DNA of 64,000 nt from Eledone cirrhosa (taxonomy: Eukaryota). The position numbers were made by a program, and so were the translations under genes. Every line of letters begins with the position of its first letter. Position 1 is the stretch's first letter. Positions 11,697-25,270 of the stretch are shown here, one piece after another. The notes beneath the pieces are model-generated. The model saw only the letters and a list, made by a program, of their open reading frames with translations. It searched no databases and was not told the DNA's origin. The DNA lies in the NCBI GenBank assembly GCA_964016885.1, contig OZ024745.1, positions 9,672,001 to 9,736,000 on the forward strand, in the 5' to 3' direction.

Positions 11697-11820
11697 AATT
11701 CTCCTGAATGAAACAGTTATAGTCATGTAGAAGTCATTACTATATTAAATATTTATACTCTGTTATGAATTGAGTACCTTACTTACTGTTGTTAGCTGTG
11801 ATTGAACTCGGAATAAACTT
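11697..11820 (+). mobile_element. Family B short element, degenerate
   Basis: 'gaatgaaacagttatagtcatgtagaagtc...tgagtaccttacttactg' aligns to 52801-52910. Confidence 0.7.
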
Positions 11821-11855
11821 TACACATTTTTGGAAACACCCTGTATATATATATC

Positions 11856-13045
11856 ATTTGAGATGTAAATATCACATACTTAAGAGAGATAGATGTTAGA
11901 ACTCGAAAACTTGTCAGTGTTACTGGGAACTTTGGTTATGTGGATAGGCTGTACTTGTCATGCAAGGAAGGTGGCCGGGGTCTAAAATCCATATTAACAT
12001 CATATGACACCCGGATAGTAACACTGAAGCAACATCTTCAACAGAGGAAAAGTTTTATGGCCCAGGTTTATGAGCATGAAAAAAAAAATATCATTAGGAT
12101 AGCCACTGATCTGGAGGAGAGATATGGAATAAAGCCTGATATAAATCTCTCACCCAGAGAAATCGGAAGATCCTATTCACTGTTCAAAGAAGATGAAAAA
12201 ATTGACCAATTTACAGAAAAAGTTGTGCACGTATACTTGAGACGTAAAACACAGACCATAGAGGTGATAAACCACTCAAAAAGCCTGGCATGGAGTTGCG
12301 ACAAGTTTATGACATGACACCTTGAGGGATATCTCTATGCAATACAGTAACAAGAACTCCCTACCAAATATCTGCTGCACAAAAGAGGAGGGACATCAGC
12401 TGACAATAAACGTAGGCTTATGTAAAACAAAGATTGAAGATGTAAGCGACATTGTTGCCAGCTGCGAAAGAATGTCATCTCGCTACTACCTCCCCATGAG
12501 ACACGATGGGATAGCTAGAACCATCTGGAACGCACTTTGGAAAACAAAATTAACAACAAACGAGGAACAATATATCGAGACAGATGGCACTAAGGAATAC
12601 TGGTGGAACCTGAAAATAAAAACTGCCACCAAATTAAAGCACAACCGGCCTGATATTGTTGTTTGGGACCACCCATTGAAAACGTGTTGTGTTGTGGAGA
12701 TCAGCTGCCCACTTGATGTAAACGTTGTCAGAAAAATACAGGAGGAGGAGGACATCTACGGACCATTGATGAGGAGTTTACAAATCCAGTATCCAAAATA
12801 CACCTTTAGCTTCATACCCATCATTATTGGAGCTACGGGTTATATACCAACCCGCTTGGACCAAAGTATGACTGAACTTGGATTTGCTGACAAAGAGCGC
12901 AGCTCCCTAATTCAGTCTACAAGTGGCTGCGATAGTTGGCACCTTCAAAATTTGCAAAACATTCTTGCGATTCAAGGGATGACAATTTCTTTTCTTTTAC
13001 AACCTTGCCACCAGGAAGGTGACCGGTCAAAAAATATATTCGAAA
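11856..13045 (+). mobile_element. R4/Dong-like non-LTR retrotransposon 3' region (restriction-like endonuclease), 5'-truncated and decayed
   Basis: DRLYLSCKEGGRGL (RT thumb), LYAIQ*QELPTKY, CCHC-knuckle remnant LC..EDVSDIVASC...RHD, and HNRPDIVVWD...VVEISCP (PD-D/E nuclease). Confidence 0.88.
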
Positions 13046-13949
13046 TTAAGAGAAAGAGATCACCTACATGTATGTGTGTATGTGTGTATGTATGTGTGTG
13101 TGTATGTATGTATGTATGTATGTGTGTATGTATGTATGTATTTGTATATATATATTTATTTATTTCATTATATTTGTTCCACTCCACGTGGTTTATATTT
13201 CACCACCACTACGCCACCACTACGACACCACACCGCCACCAAACCACCACACCAACAACACTCGCTACCACCGCCATCATTTGAATTACGTTTTCAAACC
13301 CGACATGACTTAGCCTTGATGAAAGAAAATGAGATGACAGCCGTAATCTCCCCCACCCCTCATACTCAATACAGAGATATATATATTTTCTGACACCATT
13401 GGCAATTTTCATGATGGTAGTTGTAGTGTTGATTATTCCTTCATTGCATTTATTGATATTTGACGCGCGTTTCGCCACTGATCAGCTCAAGGTTCGATCT
13501 ATATCGATCCTACCCGACTCAATAATCGGCAGCTCGACGGACCCTCTTAAAATGCTATAAGAAAATGAAATACATGCTATGTGGTAAAGTCAGAGTTTCA
13601 AGAGTTTGACAAAATGAGATGTTTTGATTGGTGAGAAGGATCAAGGCGATGTACTGGCCTGTAGTGTATATGGGGGGTGGGTGTGATGGTGAGATGTTGG
13701 TGACGGTCTGTGGATGAGGTGGGCTGTGGTGTGGTGGTGGGTTGGCCTTGGCGTGTCGAGTATGTTGGTGTGGATGTGAAGATATGGTGGTGGTTAAGGT
13801 TATTTAGTGGGATGGGTTGTGGTGTGAGGTTAGTGAACTGTCTGTAGACGGGCTGGCGTGTGGTAGTGGCGCCTTTGTCTATGGTAGCGGCGTTTTTGGT
13901 GGTGTGGTGGATGTATTGGTGGCGTCAGGACCTTACATAGATACATAGA

Positions 13950-14257
13950 CGCTCTTCGTCTGACAGATATCTTGTATATACGTATACGTACACACATATA
14001 TGTATATATGTGCACATATATTGTTGTATAAACACACACAACATAAGACACATACGCACATCCTTGCCCACACATATCGGCATACGCTCACACACAGCCA
14101 TATGTATATGTACACACATGTATGTGCATGCGCGCATGCGGACACGAATATGGAGAGTGGTGGAGTATCGGTGGGGGTGGCGAACGACAGAGATGGGGGA
14201 AGGACTCACACTCATGTATGCAAGATATACACATACACACTCCCACACACGTATACT

Positions 14258-14341
<84 letters not shown>

Positions 14342-14640
14342 TGTACCGACAACACACACATACATGCACATATATGAGCTCACCTACACATAGTCAGATT
14401 TACCCATATACATATATGTAGACGTACACATACACACACATACATATATACACACACATACACATATGCATACACATATATATATATACAGATATATATA
14501 TATATATACACACACATAGACATATGTATATACATGTGTTCACATACACACACACACACACATACAGATAAATTTGCGTACACGCACGCACACTTAAAAC
14601 GCCCGTATGAGTAAAATACTTACACACAGACACACACACT
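13950..14640. repeat. (TA)n/(CA)n compound microsatellites
   Basis: Direct inspection. Confidence 0.95.
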
Positions 14641-14938
14641 ATTGTTGGTTGGGGAGTGGAGGTATGTTTTGTCGGTGTTGGTGAAGTATGGAGTTGTGTT
14701 TTGTGGTGGTGGTGGTGGATGGAGTTGTGAGGGACAAAAATATATATACCGGATCGAATACCGGTTAAGAGGTGAGATAGGGAACGCGGGGGGAAAAGCG
14801 TTTATGGACGTACGGCCATGTGTGTTGTGGACATGGTGATGGTGGTGGTGCAGGGGTGATATGTTCGGCAAGATGATTACATGATCAGAGGTTACGGTGT
14901 GTTATATGGTAGGCATACGGGGGGTGGGGGTATATAAT

Positions 14939-15126
14939 TGTTTCTACTTTAGGCACAAGGCCAGCAAATAGCCAGTGTATTACTGGTACTTTATTTTATC
15001 GACCCCCGTAAGGATGAAAGGCAAAGTCAACCTAGGCGGGATTTGAACTCAGATCGTAAAGGGACGTAACTATGTTTGAAAGCATGGCGTCCGACCCTCT
15101 ACCGAGACTGCCAACCCCCCACCCTG
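14939..15126 (-). mobile_element. tRNA-derived SINE with 13-bp target-site duplication
   Basis: Same family as 30435-30620. Flanked by GGGGGTATATAAT at 14926-14938 and 15127-15139. Confidence 0.85.
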
Positions 15127-15449
15127 GGGGGTATATAATACAGTCGATTTGGGATCGAGTGATATGTGTTGATGATGATTGTTGAAGTATGTGGATGTAT
15201 TTAGTGGTGGCGGTGGTCGTGTGTGCGTGCGACAGTACAGTTACAGGATCGAATTTAACGTGGGGTTGCAAGTTAGGGTAGATAGAGGGAACATGGGGGG
15301 ATGAGGATGTAGGCGTGTATGGTATGCACATGACGATGTGTGGTGTGGTGGTGGAGATGGTGTGATATGATCGACATTGTATTTACAAGGTTTCTTGTCA
15401 TTGTGGATTGCAAGGTAGAACGTATCATATGGTATATATATATATATAT

Positions 15450-16223
15450 ATATATATAAAACTAAGGATGTCTGTGTGAGTTTGAATCCCTAAACCTCGA
15501 GAAGCACCCAACCGACTGTTTTCAAACTTTACACCGCGCCCTTATAATATGTCTGTATGTCTAGCTGTCTGCATCGCACTCGGCGCGTCAATGTATGGCT
15601 GTTAAATGGGCCGCAAACGCATTGATTCATTGTAAAGGCTACCAGTGGAAGCAACCGTAACACCCTCCAAATGTCAGAGAACGCAGTGAAAGTTACTATT
15701 AAGAGAACGTTCACATGGCCCTTTTTATGGCCACCACTTGAAATTGTTGATTGTTACCCGTAGTTACTGGAGTGTCAGTGAACGGCTTACAAATCCATTA
15801 TAAGGGCCCTTGAAATAACTGATAGCGACCCTTTGGTTTGGGGCGGCGAGTGAACACGCACACGCCTCAAGGCCCATTTTATTGCACCACTCCTCTGTAA
15901 AATTGTTAAATTATACCCACTGTTTGGTAAACGTTTGTGAAGGTGCGGTGGACTGGTTCGAGAAGGCTCCATATGCTGTCCGATTGCACGTCATGCCTTG
16001 CTCAAGCATTGCAGACTTCCCTCTGATATAAGTGGTGACATCTGTCCTGCTGACTCCTCTCACTTTATTAAGCCGATTTTCTTCACGTGGAAGGAAAAGC
16101 ATACCTAATACTAATTGCATCAGAGCATTCGGTTTATTTTCTTTACATATTGTCCAGGCATGCAGTTTTTCTACGATTAGGTCAAAATAACTTATCCCGT
16201 GCAACGCCGGGTACCACTGCTAG
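15450..16223 (+). mobile_element. Non-autonomous Helitron
   Basis: 5' end 'tatataaaactaaggatgtc...ttttcaaactttacac' is shared with 35755. 3' end is CCCGTGCAACGCCGGG hairpin then CTAG|T. Confidence 0.85.
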
Positions 16224-16313
16224 TATTATATATATGTATATTGTTTTACTCTTTTACTTGTCCCAGCCATTTTGCTGAGGTCATGCTGGGGTACCGCCTT
16301 TAATATATTTTTC

Positions 16314-16365
<52 letters not shown>

Positions 16366-16634
16366 GATATATATATATCAATAAAGACGTATCCATGAAA
16401 GGCAAATCTTATCGGTTGGAAAGCAAAATAAACTTTTGTATTTTATTTGATGAAAGTGCACCAAGCTTGTCTTGGTTGGCCTTGAAATATATATAATAAA
16501 ATAAATATGGTTTTATAAATATAGTTTCCATTTATTTAATATCACGAAATATTTACTCCAGTAAACTGTTGAGTGCTCTAAATCAGTTATAAACATTTGT
16601 TTGTCGGACTTCCAACAAATTAAATACAACTTCT

Positions 16635-16690
<56 letters not shown>

Positions 16691-16692
<2 letters not shown>

Positions 16693-16782
16693 CGGAGTTG
16701 TGTTAAGGAACCAGATGGACCATAATGCACCAGAGATAGCCGTCGAAACGGCTTGAGCTCTGCCGTCGGGGTCATACATCTT

Positions 16783-16784
<2 letters not shown>
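16691..16784 (+). ncRNA. Degenerate hammerhead-like relic inserted in (TA)n
   Basis: CAGATG-GAC...GTC-GAAA-CGGC(TTGAGCTCT)GCCG-TC. Stems II and III pair, but the core is mutated and stem I is poor. Confidence 0.45.
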
Positions 16785-16821
<37 letters not shown>

Positions 16822-17109
16822 CACATTGTTTGATCAAAATATTAAATTTCTTCATAGAATAATAAATTTTGTTTTATTATTTGTTTCTATTGTTCGGTTG
16901 TTGTTGTTGTTGTTGTTACACACATACACACATACACACTCACAAACTTTGCTAATCTTTTGGCGGCAAAACCACATACATACATACATACATACATACA
17001 TACATAGATACATGTGTGTGTGTGTGTGCGTGAGTGAGTATGTGTGAGTTTACTGTCACTTTGTTTTCCTTATAAATACAAGTCCCGTTTTTCATATTTT
17101 TCATTTCAG

Positions 17110-17256
17110 CCACTGATTTTCAAAGATGACTACACAGTATTCTCATGCGTCCTTTCAACGTGGGTATGCGTTAAGCCCTTTTTTAGGGCTGCTCAGAGAT
17201 ACGCCGAAAACCAACCACAGCGTTCACTCCTGCGACTGAGAAGAAAAGTCCCACAG
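17110..17256 (+). other. Candidate exon (147 nt)
   Basis: Strong polypyrimidine acceptor ttttcatattttttcatttcag| and donor CAG|gtcagt. GC-richer than the flanks, with one open frame. Confidence 0.4.
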
Positions 17257-17522
17257 GTCAGTCAGATTTATATTTAATTTATTTAAAAAAAAAAAAAAAT
17301 TTAATTTATATTTCTTTAAAAAAAAAGAATTCAATTTAACTTATTTCTTTAAAAAAAAAGTTCAATTTCATTTATTTCTTTAAAAAAAATTCAATTCAAT
17401 TAATTTCTTTAAAAAAAAAAGCTTTTATAGTTATGTTTTTGTATTTTAATCGGGGTAACATTTTCGATTTAATTAATTTCATCATATTGTTGTATATACA
17501 CACACACATATATATACAATTG

Positions 17523-17561
<39 letters not shown>

Positions 17562-17584
17562 TGCAGTTATTCGAATACCTTGGA

Positions 17585-17762
17585 GTATTCGTTTTTATTT
17601 CTATGCTCTCTGAGTTTAAATCCTGCCAAGGTCAACTTTGCCTTTCTTCCTTCCGTTGGATAAAAAAAAGTACCAGTGAAATGCTGGGGTGAATTCTTCC
17701 TATCTATAGTTTTCTCGCAATTATCTTTTTCTGAATAAAAGTACCAGTCAAATACTGGGTTC
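17585..17762 (+). mobile_element. SINE fragment
   Basis: 'ctgagtttaaatcctgccaaggtcaactttgcctttc...gtaccagt' matches the SINE family. Confidence 0.7.
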
Positions 17763-18265
17763 CTCTCTTCTCTCATTTTTCTCTGTCTATCTTTCTGGAA
17801 GAATTTTCTATTTTTAGAACTGGAGGAGTTGGTATTTGCTAGTGATTAAGGGAGAAAATGAAAGATATATATGTATATATATGTATAATATGTGTGTTGA
17901 TGAGATTATGTGGGGGGGGGGGGGTAAATATTGTTTTTTAAGATTTATCTGGAAAAATCTGTTGAATTCACATGGTTGGTATTGTCTCTGTTCTCGGTTT
18001 TCAAAAGACTTATAAAAGCTGACTCAGTATTGTTTATCCAATAAAGTAGCAGTAATACGTTATAGTTAGATTAACGTTAATTTTGTTCACTTGTAATTTA
18101 GAGAATATAAAATATAAAATGCACCATTAGAATATTTTTATTCCAGATTCTCCTAAAAATTTGTCCCTGTTCAATTCCTTCTCTGCCACAAAGCTCTCAT
18201 TTTTGGATAGAATTTTTTTATTTATTTTTTTACGTTAGGTTAAACCAGCCAACCAATTTTTTTAA

Positions 18266-18980
<715 letters not shown>

Positions 18981-19394
18981 AAAGATGAATATAAAATGAA
19001 AGTGCTTTTTTAAAAAAAAGGAATTTATTAGGTATCGACATGTTTCTGTAACAGACGAAATACCTATGTATCGCTGCTTGCGTAATCATATAATGTTAGC
19101 AAGTATTCGATACCAAATGTATAATCAGTTGTAACTTCAGAGATTTTGGATAAATTGGAAAAAATCAGAAAAATTGAAGTATTTATATTAGTTGTAATAG
19201 AGGAAGAGAAGTATATGACAGATGGTAATTCAATTTACTGCTAAACAAGTATATAAATGGGTTTTAATGAGAATACAATGAGTAAATGGTTTATTTTATC
19301 TAAATAAGAATTTTTGGGAGTGCCTATTTTAATCTATACTTGACCAATTGAACAATGGACAGGGCTGGTCATTTGGTGTAGTAGTATTAACTAG

Positions 19395-19510
19395 TCAACC
19401 TCAAATCCCGCCGAGGTTGACTTTGCCTTTCATCCTTACGGGGTCGATAAAATAAAGTACTAGTAATGCACTGGGTAATTGCTGGCCTTGTGCCTAAAGT
19501 AGAAACAAGT
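19395..19510 (+). mobile_element. SINE 3' part
   Basis: 'tcaaatcccgccgaggttgactttgcctttcatcc...gtgcctaaagtagaaaca'. Confidence 0.8.
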
Positions 19511-19711
19511 ATTAACTATAAAGTGTCAATTAAGGAAGGGGGAGATTTCGACTGCTACTGAATAACATCAATGCTAGTAGCCAGCTGGTATATGCATTAG
19601 GGAATTGAATTAAGAAATCTCATTTTATCTATAACAGTTTATATTAAATGATAACCTGAAATTTTTATATTTATATATTTATTTATATATAAATATATAT
19701 AAATATATATA

Positions 19712-19941
19712 TATTAAAATAACCGATTAAAGTTTAAGCAAAGAATCGCTGCTTTCACCCTTAACGGGATCTTCTGAAATTCATTTAAGATCCCGTTAAG
19801 GTTGAAAGCAGCGATTCTTTGCTTAAACTTTAATCTGTTATTTTAATATATATTTGCTGTACGGTTCTTATATATTTGATATATATGTATCCATATCGAG
19901 CCCTTTTTTAATTTTAGTTTTCAAATTTATTATTATTACTA
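19712..19941. mobile_element. Family C element as an inverted repeat with tail
   Basis: Arms 19712-19773 and 19787-19848 are reverse complements. The tail matches 62075-62163. Confidence 0.85.
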
Positions 19942-21469
19942 TATATTATGTGTGTGTGTGTGTGTGTATATTATGTGTGTATGTGTATGTATTGTGTGTA
20001 TTATGTGTCTATTAGGTGTCTATTTGTGCGTATTATGTGTGTATTATCTGTGCGTATTATGTGTGTATTATCTGTATTATATGTGTGTATTATCTGTATT
20101 ATATGTGTATTATGTGTGTGTAGTATGTGTGTGTAGTATGTGTCTGTATTATGTGTGTATTTGTAATAAATGTCTGTACTATATACACATGTATATATAT
20201 AATATATAAATACAATATAATATATATGTTGGTGTGTATCGGGTTTGTGTTTATATCACCGTAGAAATCTGTTTATGCAACATTCTAATTAGCAAAGGGA
20301 AATTACTGTAGTATATTTTAATAAAAATATTTTATTTTCCGTTTTAGCCAGAAATTTTGTTGTTTGATAAAACTGTCATTGAATTTATGCCTTGTCTGTT
20401 TCTGCTGAAGACTACTTTACTAATTAAGCTTAAGCTTAATTTATTATATCGGTTTTCATCGTAAAATTGAGACGGGTGTTTTTTCATGTCTATTTAATGC
20501 AGCACGTTAGTGATATAGTAAGTTTTAGTTTCTATTTGTTTGAATATCATTTCGAAGCAGATACGACGGGGTTCATTAATTTCTAGATGAATTATTTGGT
20601 TTTAGTTTGTGGTTGTGTGTGTGTGTGGGGGTGGGGGTGGGGGGTATATATAAAACTGAATAGCTATATATATTTATATCATCTTGTCAATATCTATCCT
20701 TTTTCCTCATAAATATAGACAGAAATTACGGTATACAAGTAGGCACATGCATTAAAACTTAATATATGGTTATGTTACCAGGAAGCTGGAGAGTGAAAGT
20801 AATATAGTTACGGTTATCTTGAGGAAACGCTATATTTTTTTTTTATACGCTTTTGCAATATAAGAATAGGAAACGAAGACAAACTGATTGATGCAGACAA
20901 AATATATATTTATGGTAATTGTTCAGAATTAAGATCGTAGATGTGACCGATGTGAAGCAGCTGTAGAAAGTTGGCATGATGTAGTGAAGAATGCAGTGGG
21001 TAGAAAAGACATCCCCGAGAATAAACATAGAAAGAGTAGTTGGTGATTGTTGCAGTGAAAATCAATGAAGTACAAGCATAACAGACAAGAGAGAGAAGAA
21101 TGCAGGCCCAGCAGTTGGAGTTCGCTGCCAAGCAGATGCCAATATAATATAAAATATTAGGGAATCAGATAGTTTATTGATTCCCTGTTTTATTGCAAAA
21201 GCGAATCCTTTAAAGTGCGAGACAATATAGTGTTTGTCGTTGATGTATTTATATCTATATTACTCTACATAAGCCCACAAACAGGCCTTCAACAGTAAAT
21301 CTGTAATTGTCCTTTGTTTAAAAAGAAATTATTTTTCTTAATATAATTGTTTATCTGCTGGATTGGTCATTGACCATTTTTGTAGGAGAGGGGATTTTGT
21401 TAGTGGTGTGTTACCTTCGCTGACTTAACTCTCTGAGAAAGAAAAGCAATTATATTTTTCTTTGACTGT

Positions 21470-23930
21470 ATTTAGCCACTGAAGAATGGGTGTAGCTCCT
21501 TGGAGCAATCCAAGCAGTAACTCGAAGAACCACCGGGTGTAATGACTTTGGCTTTAGTGTTCGTGTAGAGCAGTGATACTTTTGTATTCCACAAGATCTT
21601 GATCAGGCAGTGACGATCGACAGAATTATAGGCAATTTGCTTTAGCTCCCTCAAATATCTTCCTCAGCATCAGGATGTGACCGTTGGTTGATCTTTATCT
21701 CTGAAGCTGTTCTGGTTGTTTTAGCTTTTTGTCCATGCAGGGCTGGATTCTCTTAAGAATCATCCTGTTGGGGGTCTTTGCCACATGCGAGGTCCCCCTG
21801 TAGTTGGTGTTAGAGAGATCTGCCTTCTTTGGCAGTGGCACGAAGTTACTGATCGTCCACTGGTTCAGGGCAACTCGTTTCTCCAGTCCCTTTTTACAGA
21901 ACTGCAAGATATGAAAATCACAACTCTACATGACCTGATGCCACTCGATTTTCTCCATGGGCCTTGCCCTCCTTTATCTTCTTTTTTTGTTCTCTGAAGC
22001 TCCTCTCTGGCAAAGGGTCCTGTCTCAATATGCAGTTTTTGTAACAGCCACCTGATCTGCCCAGTGTTCTTGGCTGTGGAGGGCATCTCATAGTTGTGTT
22101 CTAAAATGGTCCAGCCATTTCCTTTTTCCTATCCTCTGGATCTGTTTCCTTGATCTGACCTTTCCTCCATGTGATCTCGTTGATCATCCAACTGTCAACC
22201 GTTCTCTTAACACTTTTAGTGCCTCCTCTCTGGCGTCAGTGTAAGCGGTAGAGAGTGCTTCCCTCATCACCTCCACTGTGTCCATCCTCTCCATAGGATC
22301 AGCACAGAATTGGTCATTGGCAGGCTGCACACACCTTTGGGTCTGCAGAACTGACATGCTTCCTCTTCTTTCTCCTCAGCATCAGTGTCTCACTTGCTTC
22401 TGCTACTGCATTGTTCAAGTAGCCGTACCTCTTTGTCAAACTCTCTACAAAGAGCACTGAACCTGTTGCTCACTTCTCCTGTGAACCTCTTCTGTAGCTT
22501 ATGTTCCTTGAAAGTTCCCCAGTCATAGATTATACTGTTGGTGTAGCCTTGCTCTTTCTTAAGCTCACCCGGACCTCACTCATAACAAGCATGTGTCCAC
22601 TGTCCCAGTGTACTGAAATAGTTGTATGGTTCTGTGTTGAGAACACTATTGCGCTGCTTTTTCCTCACCAGAAAGAAATCAATCTAGGTCTTGGTCCACA
22701 TCTTTTCTGGATTCTTCCTTAACGTTAGGTTGGTTGCCATCAAGTTTGCATCCAGTATGGCGTCTGTCGGTAGTCTTCCATTTCGGTTGGTGTTAGGGAA
22801 TTACCAGCGCGGATCTTCACTGCTCTCCTTACTCAGATGTGCATAGAAGTCCCTCAGAAGAATGATGTTTTGAGCTTGTGTGGTGTTGACAGCTCTACAC
22901 ATCTCATGAAATTCCTCTGCATTCACATCACTGTCTCCCTTGGTAGGACTATAAGCTGATATCCGGTTTTAAATTCCTGTTATTGCCTGCAGGACTATGA
23001 TAAAAAGGAGAGGGCTAAGAACAGCCCTGGTGGACACGGACCTGCATGCTAAATTCCTCGCTCTAGTCATTGATAACCCTAACTTTGCTGATTGTTTCTT
23101 TATACATGGCTTGTACAGCCCTCATAAGCCATTCATCTACTTTTAATTTTCCAAGAGCCGACCGTATTATAGCATGGTGGACTCTGTCGAAGGCTTTTTC
23201 CATTTCGACAAATGCCAGGTAGAGTTGCTTACTTTTAGCTAGGTACTAATCAACTGTGCTCTAACTCTGTTACTTTCATGACCTGGTCCATCAGCTTTAT
23301 ACCTCTCTAGTTTCCTCTATCTAGTGCATCACCTTTACCTTTGTATCAGTTGACCATGATGCTGCTGCACGAATCGTTTAGTATTACCTAGTTAACATTA
23401 CTTGTGGTTATGGTCTGATCTACTGACCCAGAGGCCTTGAGCATCTCAGCAGCTATACCCGATGGACCGGTTGCCTTCCCCGTCTTCATATCTATGATTG
23501 CCATACTACATTGCTGCTGACTTGTTCTGCTAGCCCCTCTATAGGGTTCACTTTGGGTATGGTATCTTTTTCCCATGCATTCTCCCCATTTAGTAATCTT
23601 TCATACTGGCTCTTCCACGCATCTCCTCAGAAATTGAGTGCAAGCTGACCTTTATCATTCTGGATACACTTTTGTCCAATGACATCACAATTCTCTCTGA
23701 CACACTGCCTCGTAATCTCGAACACCTGTTTCTGTTCCTCGTGTTGCAAAAGATGCTTGAAATTCCTATCCTCTACCTCCCTTCTAGCTAAGTATACTTG
23801 TCGCCTAGCTTCGCTCCTGGTCTCTATGTAATGTGCCCTGTTTTTCCATTCTTTCCATGCCTGTCTCTTAGCCTTAATTGCCTCATCTACCATATTGTTC
23901 TACCACCAAGTGACTCTCCTAATCCATGTA
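21470..23930 (-). mobile_element. Nested RTE LINE fragments, unit 1
   Basis: FVPLPKKADLSNTNYRG..NRMILKRIQP; LYLAFVEMEKAFDRV; KTGKATGPSGIAAEMLK; VDEAIKAKRQAWKEWK. Confidence 0.85.
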
Positions 23931-24539
23931 TATATCTTTTTATCATTATCATTTTCTCAAATATACACACATGCAAATATTATGCATGGATATGTTAACT
24001 GATAGTTGGAGAGAGAATAATATAGATGATAAAAGTCTATCTTCAGCAACAAGTGCTATATTGTCTCCCATGTTGAAAGATATTATTTTACAATATTAGA
24101 ACTTGAAACTAAGACTAACTGATGTATAGAATAGAAAGACCTAGATGTGAAAAGAAGTGGAAATTGTGCAGATTGAAGATTGAAGATTTGACCGATGTGA
24201 AGAAACTGGAAAGATGTTCCGTAGGAAAGACATCCCCGAGAGTGAACATTTGAAGCTAGAGCAAGGTTTTATGAGTTAGAAAGAGTAGTTGTTGATTGTT
24301 CCTGTGAAAAGCAATGAAGTGCAAGCATAACAGACGAGACAAGAATGCAGACCCAGCAGTCGGAGATAAGCAGCGAAGCAGATGCCAATATAATATTAAA
24401 TATTAGAGAATCAGTTTGTTCTTATTTCATGTTTTATTGTGATATCGTATTGTTGAAAGCTAAAGACAATATAGCGTTTGTTGAAGATGATGTATATTAC
24501 TTTCTATGCAGAAATAATGAAACATTTGCACAGTCATCT

Positions 24540-25270
24540 TCATGATCATACGTTCGCTTTCAAGTGTGGGACATGTACTATTGAGCACCGCCTCTCTCGG
24601 CTTATACCAGTCGTTGGTCACCTCGTTGGTGATCGTTAGGTCTGTTTTTCCTAGTCTTCCTTCTACTGGAATTACTTGCCACATGTTTACCCAGCAAACC
24701 ATCTTATTCTTCTCTCCTGCACATAACTCATACCCATTTTCTCTCTCAACTCATCTCTGCTCGGTCGTCGGAGCATGCTTCCTTCATTTCTTTGCCAGCC
24801 TTGGCATATTCTCTGCAATTGCTGGCCATGTCTCACTTCTTCCAACCCATCCTTATTGTAGATATTATGGCTTCGTAGTAGCCTCCTCTCTTTCTAATCT
24901 GCTCATCTGTATAGAACCCACCTTCATTTGAAAACTGTTTCTATCACTGTCACTTCTACTGTGAAATTTCTCTGTACATGTAGTTTTCACTACCTGTTTG
25001 CTTGCTATCCCACTACATATGTTGTGTACCCCAGATGTGCATTGCGTATATTTTATAGAATTTATCCCAACTCCTTTTCAACATAGTGAGCATGTCCCCT
25101 TTTCTATGTTTTTATTCTGTCCTCTTGCTTCCAACTACTGATTCCATAGACAGCATTTCTTCTCTAGCTTGTTTACTGATTCTGCTATAAGAACCAGATC
25201 GTCACGGACAGCCAGTTTTAAACGCATCTGTTACTGACAGCACCTCTGTACAAAGCCTACACGGCCCTCA
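24540..25270 (-). mobile_element. RTE LINE 3' fragments, unit 1
   Basis: Homologous to 392-828 and 2480-2735. Confidence 0.75.

Noticed and set aside
19030-19075. CAGAC-GAAA-TAC(CTAT)GTA-TC hammerhead 3' half
   Set aside because: No CTGANGA core upstream, so it could be chance.
19141-19224. Possible small exon (ILDKLEKIRKIEV...)
   Set aside because: Weak splice signals, AT-rich, and no recognisable homology.
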